Part shown: in pieces, positions 57,001 to 64,000 of the stretch | Layout of the letters: the number at the start of each line of letters is the position of its first letter | How positions within the stretch are numbered: the first letter of the stretch is position 1 | Virus record (IMG/VR): IMGVR_UViG_3300027881_000536 | Coordinates: 1 to 64,000 of that record | DNA from: a virus | Length of the DNA: 64,000 bases | Strand: one strand, 5' to 3' | The notes under the pieces: model-generated | What the model was told of the DNA's origin: nothing | The model's input: the letters and a program-made list of their open reading frames with translations, nothing else | The model's database searches: none | Position numbers and translations under genes: made by a program

Positions 57001-60000
57001 CAGGTTGGGCACCTGATGCTGGCTCCATGGGTTTTGGTATACTCAACAAAGGAGGTAGATTTGACAAAATCTACAATGATGATAGTAACACCACTTACTC
57101 TACCTATGTGACAACAGATGAACAATCGAAAGATGAAGTTGGTAAGGGGGAGTTATATGGTTTTAGATTCACTGACCACAGAGATAAAGACCATACAATT
57201 AGGTTAGTTTACCGTGAGAAGGGTCAATCTTTCGCAAATAACAATACTGTATTACCACCAGGTTTAGAGAATGAGATAATTATCTCGTTTGATGATAGAG
57301 ATATAGGTAAGGGGGGCTTTACTGTAGGTAAGCATATGAAAGGTTCTACCTATCCTGTTACTATTGACGCAGGAGAAGATAGTGTTGGTGATGATATCAC
57401 TACTAGTGTGACATGGCGAGGTAATAGTTGGAATGGTATAAAAGCACCATCGGCAGGTTATCCAGTCTCTACTGCTTCTGTCAGTGGTAGTAATCTATCT
57501 ATCACATTGAGCAACATATGGTATACAGATGCTTCTACTGCTACTTCTTTGGATTATCTTGGGCTACTAGGTTTCCCTGAAGAAGGTCTCTTCATTTACA
57601 CAGACAATCATTCTAGTTCTCAAACAACCAAAGTCTTCCGCTATACATCTCGTTCTCATAAGTCTGCTGCTAGTGATGCTAATGGTACTATGTCCACCCA
57701 CTCTTTCTATGGTGTTACTGGAGGTACTCTTGATACTAGCAATATGAGTGCTGAATACGCTACTATCAGCCCTATGCTCAACTGGACTACTATAGTGACG
57801 GATGAACTCATCGCTGCTGCCGTAGAATATGCTATGGGTGTCGACCCTAATACTGCAAGTGAGTTTGACTGTAGTAAGTTGTATGGTCCTGATGGTCGAA
57901 CTTACAAGGAATGGATGGGTGATGCTGCCACTACTGCTATACAGATTCATACTCTGAATGATAAGAAGAAAGTCACTCCCTTAGGAGATTTATTTTCAGT
58001 ATCTAGAGAGATAGATTTAGGACTCTATGCTGGTAATGCTGAGACTTATTTAACTTCAACCCAAGTTGATGATGGGGTAGTAGTTGATACTGGTTATCTA
58101 CCTAAAACCTTGTTGAATATCACAAGCAAGTTCAGAGGTGAGAATGCTAATACTGTAAGTCCTACTTTCATCAAGAGTAATGGTGATTCACTATCTACAT
58201 CTGATTGGAAGAAGCACTTGAGAGGTGAGAAGTTCACTGCTTATGCGGGAGACCACATCACCCCTTGTATTAATAATGTTATAGTGAAAGTCACTAGTGT
58301 TTCTGGTACCACCATAACAGTGACTCCTTGGCAGTTGTTAACACCATATGACCCTGCTATTGCTGCTCTTGATAATTACTTCTCAGAATTGTACACCCTC
58401 TATGACCCTAATGGTAAGTGGGCTACATATCAACTAGTACCGGCTGGCAACAATGATTCCGGTGGTAAACTAGAACTGGTCAACAAGCACAGTGATTTCT
58501 CAATTGCTCAGAATAATCATCTTTCTACTTGGGGGCCTGAGAAAGACCCTAGGGCTAGAGAATTTGCAGGGCATCGCTTAACAGGGAACACTTACGGGGA
58601 GCCACTGACCTATTTCCGTGGGGCTCATGATAGCCCTGACCATAGTGTCCCACTTTACTTCGGGGGTGGCTTCAGTGGTGTGGTTATGGATATCAATGAC
58701 GGAACACAGAATGACTATACTGAGTTCTACTCTCACCCCTACGCTTCCGGTCCAACAGGGTGTGCTGGACTGCAGAATGTGGGAGAGAACATGGGGGCTC
58801 ATGCCATACTAGATACTACTGCGATGCTAGCCATGTTCCCTGGCACTCCATTCCTTAATCAACACAGAGGTGAATCCCAACCCCCATTCACTAATGCCGA
58901 TGCCCTATTGGCTCCAGATATGAATGTCAAGAGTGGTAGTGGGAGCAATTTAGCAGGTAATACTACTCAACTGGTGGGGTATGACAATGATTCTGATAAG
59001 GCTACTAGGTACAAAGATGATGGTAGTGATGTAGATAACCAAACCACCATCACCCACCCTACTCCTATAGTCCTTAGGTTCGCTCACCCTTATGCGAGAT
59101 ATACTGATGCTGCCAGTGGATGTGCTGATGAGGTAGCCTACATTGTGTTTGGTCCTGGTCAATCTGTACCAAAGAACATACAGATGTATGCCAGTAGTGG
59201 TGTGAAAGAGCCTACTGCTCTTAAGACTGTGAGTGCTAAGTTCACACATGTCTATCACAATGACCTGGGTGGTATTTCTTTGAGAGGCTCTGGGACTGAG
59301 CCTGGTAAGTATCACCCTAATGAGATGAGCAAGGGATGGAAGAATAGTGGGACTTATACCGATAGGGCTGGACTCTTCAAGCCATATCTACCCCCTACTA
59401 TGTCTTGGCAAAGGAGTGCTGAGTATCCCTATGGAGTTCTGAGAAACTGGGAGCCTGCTTGTGGTACACCAAGTGAGTGGTTGAATACTGAGTTCGACTC
59501 TAGTAGTGCTTCACTCATTACCAATCACTGGGCTAGTAGTAAAGCCACTGCATCATTGACAATAGCACATCCAATGTTCACACAGACTACTGCTGATGCA
59601 TTGTATTACCACTGGCATATGGATGGTGGGTACCCTGCTGGTGGTAACTGGATGGACAATGCTATCGCTAAGAATCCTACACATCCTACTACTGGAAATA
59701 GGTTACCTGATAATCAAGAACACTCTATCAATAGTGAAGACATCACTCTAGGGCTGAATGCCAGTATGTTCAGAGTAGGTGCTCTAGCCCTCGAAGACTA
59801 TGACAGGGGACTAACAGAAAATACCACAGGAGATGGGACCACTAGGGATGTCTTCGTAGTTGATGCCACTAGGGTACAGAACTCAGAGGAACTGGCTACC
59901 ATCATCTCAGCAGCCATTAACTCCTATCCCGGTGAGGGTAATCTCAAAGCCATGGGCGGGACATTCCTCCCTTCCTTCCAAGATGCCATAAGACAGGATA

Positions 60001-63000
60001 GGTATGCTTGGATTAATGTCGGGATGGTGAAAGATAGTGGTTATTCCAATGGCACTACTCTGACTACGGATGAGAGGTTACCGAAATATCTTCCAGAGAA
60101 GGGATGGTTGAGGGTCAGTAAAACAGGTACTGGTGTGTTCTATGGTAGATACACTGCCCATGATGATGATGCTAGTGGTGAGGGTACATTCACCATAGGT
60201 ACTAACTGGCGTAGTGGTGGTGCTAGACTAGAGAGTCCTACGATTGGGAGTGGGACTACTGCAGGTAACCATGACGCTGCTGCTATTGATGACTCTTGGA
60301 CAATCTATGTATGGTCAAAGACAGGTAATCTGAGGTGGAGTAACGGTGCACCTGAAGCATTGCATACTGCAGACGCTTCTACAAGTAACTGGGATACTAA
60401 TGTGTTCCATCATCTCGCTGCTACTCAAGTCCACTTCAATGGCTTCGTAGATGCTATAGACAGGACCAGACCAGTGGGTGCTGTAGGATGGCATGGTGAG
60501 AGATACTCCTATCTGAATAGTCTCAAGGTAGCCAAGACTACTACTGGTCATGGTATTAGTGCTGGTCTAGGGGCATGGCATCCTCTACTAGGCTTCAATC
60601 CATATGGGAGTGCTATGGGAGTCCACGCTCTCAATGGTGCTACTGCTGCTTATGCACAAGCCGGGGCTACCGCCTCATTCACTCAAGACTCGACTGGTCT
60701 GAATAGTGGGCTACACCCTAGACACTATGTTGTGGTATCTAATGAAGCGGAGTTACCTATCATAGCGAAAGCAGACAGAGATGGTCTACTACTTTGTGGA
60801 GATATGCTAGACAAGAGATGGGCTGCTAGTAGCAAGACTGGTGGTACAGTCATAGCCTCTCATAATGCTAGGCACAACAATGACAGGTTCGCTGCTTATG
60901 CTCATGGGGGCCCTCATGTGGATGCACAATTTGCTAAGGATTTTGCTGCCCCTTCTAGTAGTAATGGTGAGTGGGCAGCCAACATTCCAACCGCTGGTGA
61001 GTTGTACCCAATGGAATCTTGTCTATTCCCTACCGGGGACCTGTTCTACGATAGGCTAGAAAACCCAGGAGTGGCACACTACCCACAGGAAGACCCCATC
61101 AATCACAATGACATAGGCTCTAACACTTTAGCAGCACAATCTGCTGTGTTAGCAGCACCTTATTCCTTTTGGAAGGGTAAGAGTGCTGCTCGAAACTTCT
61201 TCACTAATCATGTGGTTTGGAAGAGGATGGACGGTGGTAATCTATGTATGCCTGCCTCTAATGCTAGAGGATTAGGTGCTGTCCCTTGGGTGTGGCGTAA
61301 GGTAGGTAATTCCTATGTGAAGTTCGGGGAGACTATCTATGGTAACACTCGTTTCTCGTTCGAGACTACCAATGCTGCAGTGTTCCCTACTGTACAGGCT
61401 CAGGAGTTAGCCCACCCTCAGTTAGCAGAGAAATACCCAGTGGAGATAGGGGCCGCTTTGTCTATACCCAACGAGGAGATACAATTTGAGGCTATCACAG
61501 TGGTCGATGACTCAGGTCAGGAGCACAAGATAGAGGGTGGCTCACCTCTAGGTACTGTGATTAGAGACTTTTCAAGAGTAGGGGGGAGAGATATCCAAGG
61601 TCCTGCTTTATCAGGCTCTGGTAATGAGCCAAATCTATCTATTAATCTACCAGACCCTAATACCATTCCTGGTAACATTCTAGTGAGAAGTGGTTTCGAT
61701 AAGGTGCAGGCTTACCAACATGAGACCATGGGGGCTGGTGGACTTCAAAGACCTGACCTACCTGACGCTGTAGTGAGCAGCAACTTCGACTCAACTAATG
61801 AGAATCCATCAACCAACCCATTTTGGGAGAACGAGGGATGGGAAAGAGTAGACAATAGTGAGACCAGCGAGGTGGGTACAGGTTTCCCTTACAGTAAGAG
61901 TGGGAGCATGGATGATAAGGCCCCTCTACAGACCTCCTATGAGCCACATGATAGGGCACTCTACTTCCATCTAACCAAGATGGGTTGGGGGTACACTGAG
62001 AGAGAACCCCTAGGTATAGTCAGTGCTACTACTAACGGAGTCACCACTAACACCATGACTCATAATCCACTGACATTCGTGAGTGTGAGTGGCTCAGTTT
62101 TAACTGCTAGTGGGACTATCACTGCACCCATTTGGCAAGCCGAGCAGACTCCTGATGGCAGGTCATTCCTTACTGTCAATGGTCATGTGGTATCATTCAC
62201 AGGGGTCAGTGGCTCGACATTTACTGGCTGTAAGTTCACTCCAGGCTTCACAGCCACTAACGGGAATATGATGAAGCCCTCGTTTTATGTTCCTGCTGGG
62301 AGCACTCGCCACTTCGCTGCTAGGAGGCTCAGAGACCATGCTGAGGTCAGTGGAGAAAGCCCAGACAAGGCACCGATTGATTGGGTGGGCGTTGATGTCG
62401 ATGCTAGCCCAGCAACTGCCATTAGAGATGACCGTCTGACACCAATGCCCATACCTCGAATGGGACACCACTATGTAACGCCTACTATGGCTGTGATGCC
62501 TGGGCATTTATCTCACCCTCTCTATCAGAGAGTCTACAACCTCAATAGGGCTTACCAAGGTGCTACTACTAGCATAGAGCAAGCACAAGGGTACACTTCA
62601 GTGGAGAACAGCCTCATAGGTCTAGACAATGGTAGTCTATTGGAGGAAGAAGGTGTAGGGGTCAACGCCCTGATGTGGTTCTCATCCCCTTCAAGCCCTC
62701 ACCCCCCATCTGATATCCATGGTGGGGCATTCACTCTGATGGTAGAGACCAAGGTGAGATATGATGGCTATGGTATACTAGCCTTCGATGCTGAGAATAA
62801 TAGTGGTGACCATAGGCTCAAACTAGAGGCTGGTACAAACTACAGTACTCATTGGAACTTCCCAGACCCACTAGAGACTGGGGCATACCAAATTATTATT
62901 CAGCCTAACCTATTTGCTCAACAACTCATGGGGTTCAGTACTAACTATGACTTTGGTGCTGATAGTAGTACTCAGTACCCCCTTCTCACTGACCAACAGG

Positions 63001-64000
63001 TGGCCACAGTCATAGCCTTACAGTGGAACGGTACCACCTATGATTTCGTATTGGCTGAGGCTCTCAAGGCTGATGTCAGAGGCTGTGAGGTCTATCTGAA
63101 TGAGGTGATTTTGGACATAGACCCATCACCTAATCAGCAATTTACTAGCCTCCCGACATTAGCACTTTATAATCCACTAGGAGTGAATGAATCTACCTCG
63201 CCTGCTTGGAGTCGCAAGAGTCTACCTTACTATCCTGGTATGTTCCAACTTGCTAGTCCAGGCTATACTCTCACTGTGCCTTGGTGGTCACCAGCATATA
63301 CCACTGCTAGTGGGACACTTACCAATGGCGTGTTTGCAGGAGTCAATACTGATACCCAAGGCAATTCATATAATTGGAGAAACACTGAACAGTATCATCC
63401 TAATCACTACTATCACTTTTCTCGAACTGGTTACGGTTCCGTAGGCGCTCAGTCAGTCATGACTGGCTATCCTACCCATTATCTGAACCCGTATCTACAT
63501 TCTTATGAGTCACTCAATCCTAGTTGTGTAATCAAGTATGCTGATGATGGTAATGACCAAATATTGGTAGACAATAATAATTTATTCCCAGAAGTTTCGT
63601 TTGTTTACGATGATTGTATGTTGACTGTTATTGACCCAGATGGAGGTACATATGAAGCCAACTATGGTTATCGTGGGCAGGCTAGTGGTGAAGAAAATGC
63701 TACCACGAACAGATTCTATCAAGTGAATGGTTCAACACAATTCTGGGCCGCTTGTATTGAAGGTAGGAGGTTGACCCTTACTGGTACTACTAGGAAGCCA
63801 GGGGAAGTCTATACTGACAAACTATCCAGTGTTGCTGCTCATCATATACAGGACCTAAGAGCAGGTACTGGTGATACTGGCACTAGTCATCTACCCGACG
63901 CCTATCTATCCATGTGGCATTACAATCTTGGTAGACCCATGACATATTACTCTGATAATAGGGCAAGCGCAACTGCTGCTGCTGTAGATAAGAAGCCCTA
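51060..64000 (+). CDS. Giant tail/adhesin-like protein, at least 4313 aa, truncated by window end; N-terminal LamG domain
   Basis: ATG 51060 directly after TGA 51059; the same frame reads open where translated by hand (51060-51780, ~57000, 63900-64000) and no closed ORF appears in this frame in the track; FSVEAWIRP, LLHVVGMF, IFVNGQ, LYLGG, FRGYIEGV, GLWRFEE. Confidence 0.9.
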   Translation, partial: MTLIGKTSHSLFFNGISDSVVCPSHEFASTGIKTTIGGDEVRSSRPVLGERSEEGSSSSSTAMVSSFSVEAWIRPDCGGVIASKEGMFKLSVGSVGAPAPAVFSVTTRTKTGDVRVFTARSAQTISDSYSGIIYPTAGQSFIENNTELSKGGRELLHVVGMFNERRVSIFVNGQIVASNNISTGSMCMLTNSDLYLGGKGGEFRGYIEGVHLRLGVDEDSVIPAPIVRQSSTVGLWRFEEPVEVEDTEFYIKSGVNAGDTVLTLDTTQVQELYELISGESITMPSSYTVPSLGNYQVGVTTHSDGAKKVEIAHTSINLLINPTGTDIKTGKPNSKAPERVRLKSISSSGSITVESIHLDFDVSTDTGSRGVLHDRTAFDNTSNLAHDSLIVILRSDLLLDPGTGRPMQPPGLGSQAIDRNGMTVIDESGNGFHGFLHSRTMSINKSGNPYTVSNANWTIDTKFQVGHSGRHKFSHCSGHPYLRMLPRASKERVTQTVDGLSDSIYAVFDGQSINLPEQVPINSQISLLKSNSLLDGTRVITTGVISQIKRNGLSTLDPDRDEIISIGGSGFNITPFLLKSHATSGVEATDDVYNLHLAPEIESRVAILQTGDTDFPYVEIHYNAIDLTGGTIGANGPALLVSKTVPSGGSVINTKRVADRINTLLGSGTMTLHAPGGIIHVKASRVAEMDTLFKDHNLAGDNTGGRQYEVELDLSMTPPNYTPQVATDPPNSPPIGVDSSHANDSSHPSVYHHLVLRDNGAAAKSIPDDSDDFRLTAKTGNKGPTNQSTHAFEMFDVIDNYSDNKGVNIIVHPTDRSRNLQLSKFTNDINDPSLFSLEFLMSRGRVSSFRSERTERGLILTMQGRGLMDDVAAMASEYIGEGSPDSIIVKESRPDAPVVTVTLGGPGQGAVETTPTWDKSPLTRLGWNTRRDGGARVTDSSSTSLTVTPLNNNSDALASWGTYMFPVRGRIHLENGASAEYYDTTATAFTIKSGDQSGTGRFINGDGSEQDTFANWLTANSVVKGQTNVLLDPLFDEASVVSDGTTINDRLFQSIGSVAHDYQLGTQYASTRALVEIPVFGNQFFDDPRNGVFPGPDNSMKIHLDPTLTAHSWAPNPVGRRAMGISPADRDVLGPYHKRWIENTTKSAVVVTKMDCASSGYKIYFDDLSKSFPAFEEAISSFRDITGVQKAGTNAGVAEVANTIMHRRIYTPEGEWAIVESNSGSEYVTVNNPLSTGTSEHFWKNFSEGGIVSNIVSGSYGEPLRGDPALESTENEFRRPYYYDRANVQTQGGNIDYGLRQYVSAVEFKEGPTANPHAKKIESGAATFEIISWSSPNAGYISDNLPSFTGSSWTDTTMEAINQDDEILLFTHHTDGDKIVVSSGTPAVGDIYTLKRLKFSQNNLGITTTNYFDIHDGYGVGEQSWKNTLNKTWNNPYAPGGLRHGDTVWMNMHYTNPHAIEGLFCKSRGVLNEFLVWNGFNGGRGELGTQARDSIPLENFLIGNTCMETAQNFVQHVNKTVELNWLELGYSASEVPVVAYLDPYLAKEGHARVLLYDVAHDREFIAFHDIHMQVQTGQATPKVNGLDIANGFYSQDKHRNNSSQTSGGAAIIEQSDFIEGAYAHKSSPYMEVTTSGQTHNAYGMNDATIFYGSSFLGSTGRTENSTVRTEDLTYGVNYTEKRHQLETATTNRSTFFDTPDGTRAIPAFLCLKGNRANTLDLTTHSESRLQHLPQWKDMDFVRRLTLDLGEIGQADGVSNTESAVREMVRRVNQAAALQGRSVGGSTHDPATFWDDTAFNGDKGSHMGYLRAHFGRAVKDLDGNDGYTIVIHSTVPGASGRNFCAWLDNSKGQAEYRPQFLVGHGGRFRSFWAMPMEGEDENMHPAPMPITKNGRPFAPITTLRQMVPPDDEDEEFINNLADYEGTNTRRNSEMATGRGANTVYQESFESQGDANRMVEGLRTGTRARARINFGGLVASGVPGWAPDAGSMGFGILNKGGRFDKIYNDDSNTTYSTYVTTDEQSKDEVGKGELYGFRFTDHRDKDHTIRLVYREKGQSFANNNTVLPPGLENEIIISFDDRDIGKGGFTVGKHMKGSTYPVTIDAGEDSVGDDITTSVTWRGNSWNGIKAPSAGYPVSTASVSGSNLSITLSNIWYTDASTATSLDYLGLLGFPEEGLFIYTDNHSSSQTTKVFRYTSRSHKSAASDANGTMSTHSFYGVTGGTLDTSNMSAEYATISPMLNWTTIVTDELIAAAVEYAMGVDPNTASEFDCSKLYGPDGRTYKEWMGDAATTAIQIHTLNDKKKVTPLGDLFSVSREIDLGLYAGNAETYLTSTQVDDGVVVDTGYLPKTLLNITSKFRGENANTVSPTFIKSNGDSLSTSDWKKHLRGEKFTAYAGDHITPCINNVIVKVTSVSGTTITVTPWQLLTPYDPAIAALDNYFSELYTLYDPNGKWATYQLVPAGNNDSGGKLELVNKHSDFSIAQNNHLSTWGPEKDPRAREFAGHRLTGNTYGEPLTYFRGAHDSPDHSVPLYFGGGFSGVVMDINDGTQNDYTEFYSHPYASGPTGCAGLQNVGENMGAHAILDTTAMLAMFPGTPFLNQHRGESQPPFTNADALLAPDMNVKSGSGSNLAGNTTQLVGYDNDSDKATRYKDDGSDVDNQTTITHPTPIVLRFAHPYARYTDAASGCADEVAYIVFGPGQSVPKNIQMYASSGVKEPTALKTVSAKFTHVYHNDLGGISLRGSGTEPGKYHPNEMSKGWKNSGTYTDRAGLFKPYLPPTMSWQRSAEYPYGVLRNWEPACGTPSEWLNTEFDSSSASLITNHWASSKATASLTIAHPMFTQTTADALYYHWHMDGGYPAGGNWMDNAIAKNPTHPTTGNRLPDNQEHSINSEDITLGLNASMFRVGALALEDYDRGLTENTTGDGTTRDVFVVDATRVQNSEELATIISAAINSYPGEGNLKAMGGTFLPSFQDAIRQDRYAWINVGMVKDSGYSNGTTLTTDERLPKYLPEKGWLRVSKTGTGVFYGRYTAHDDDASGEGTFTIGTNWRSGGARLESPTIGSGTTAGNHDAAAIDDSWTIYVWSKTGNLRWSNGAPEALHTADASTSNWDTNVFHHLAATQVHFNGFVDAIDRTRPVGAVGWHGERYSYLNSLKVAKTTTGHGISAGLGAWHPLLGFNPYGSAMGVHALNGATAAYAQAGATASFTQDSTGLNSGLHPRHYVVVSNEAELPIIAKADRDGLLLCGDMLDKRWAASSKTGGTVIASHNARHNNDRFAAYAHGGPHVDAQFAKDFAAPSSSNGEWAANIPTAGELYPMESCLFPTGDLFYDRLENPGVAHYPQEDPINHNDIGSNTLAAQSAVLAAPYSFWKGKSAARNFFTNHVVWKRMDGGNLCMPASNARGLGAVPWVWRKVGNSYVKFGETIYGNTRFSFETTNAAVFPTVQAQELAHPQLAEKYPVEIGAALSIPNEEIQFEAITVVDDSGQEHKIEGGSPLGTVIRDFSRVGGRDIQGPALSGSGNEPNLSINLPDPNTIPGNILVRSGFDKVQAYQHETMGAGGLQRPDLPDAVVSSNFDSTNENPSTNPFWENEGWERVDNSETSEVGTGFPYSKSGSMDDKAPLQTSYEPHDRALYFHLTKMGWGYTEREPLGIVSATTNGVTTNTMTHNPLTFVSVSGSVLTASGTITAPIWQAEQTPDGRSFLTVNGHVVSFTGVSGSTFTGCKFTPGFTATNGNMMKPSFYVPAGSTRHFAARRLRDHAEVSGESPDKAPIDWVGVDVDASPATAIRDDRLTPMPIPRMGHHYVTPTMAVMPGHLSHPLYQRVYNLNRAYQGATTSIEQAQGYTSVENSLIGLDNGSLLEEEGVGVNALMWFSSPSSPHPPSDIHGGAFTLMVETKVRYDGYGILAFDAENNSGDHRLKLEAGTNYSTHWNFPDPLETGAYQIIIQPNLFAQQLMGFSTNYDFGADSSTQYPLLTDQQVATVIALQWNGTTYDFVLAEALKADVRGCEVYLNEVILDIDPSPNQQFTSLPTLALYNPLGVNESTSPAWSRKSLPYYPGMFQLASPGYTLTVPWWSPAYTTASGTLTNGVFAGVNTDTQGNSYNWRNTEQYHPNHYYHFSRTGYGSVGAQSVMTGYPTHYLNPYLHSYESLNPSCVIKYADDGNDQILVDNNNLFPEVSFVYDDCMLTVIDPDGGTYEANYGYRGQASGEENATTNRFYQVNGSTQFWAACIEGRRLTLTGTTRKPGEVYTDKLSSVAAHHIQDLRAGTGDTGTSHLPDAYLSMWHYNLGRPMTYYSDNRASATAAAVDKKP

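Larger units (their letters stand above)
1..64000 (+). mobile_element. Segment of a tailed archaeal dsDNA virus genome (Caudoviricetes; magrovirus-like), virion morphogenesis region
   Basis: Colinear terminase-portal-protease-MCP-neck-tail-TMP module, near-complete + strand coding with overlapping stop/start codons, archaeal-type GGTGA SD motifs, no cellular housekeeping genes. Magrovirus/MGII assignment is recalled similarity, not a search result. Confidence 0.9.

Noticed and set aside
1-64000. Alternative genetic code (stop reassignment)
   Set aside because: The standard code already gives near-complete coding density and multi-kilobase ORFs.

Overview
The window is a 64-kb, almost entirely + strand late/virion region of a large tailed dsDNA virus (Caudoviricetes, HK97-type capsid, probably siphovirus-like). 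The host is most likely an archaeon: GGAGGTGA/GAGGTGA Shine-Dalgarno sites precede many genes, and the capsid/protease sequences and gene order resemble, from memory, 'magroviruses' of Marine Group II Euryarchaeota/Poseidoniales (not database-verified). Recognisable core: TerS-like, TerL, portal, prohead protease-scaffold, MCP, head-tail connector, tail terminator, major tail protein, tail chaperone with a -1 frameshift site, tape measure, Dit-like protein, and a LamG-containing tail ORF of at least 4313 codons that runs off the window and is missing from the ORF track. No replication genes, tRNAs or CRISPR arrays were seen. Top leads: (1) a short tag, consensus [FLM]-[DE]-x-A-W-x-x-[LI]-K, in 16 copies on 13 otherwise unrelated proteins (nine of them consecutive), a candidate capsid-cargo addressing/maturation signal; (2) a six-gene membrane-protein operon built around an intact Arf/Sar-like small GTPase; (3) a 2395-aa head-module protein ending in a catalytically dead ATP-dependent DNA-ligase fold; (4) a 3038-aa multi-zinc-finger protein tagged at both ends.
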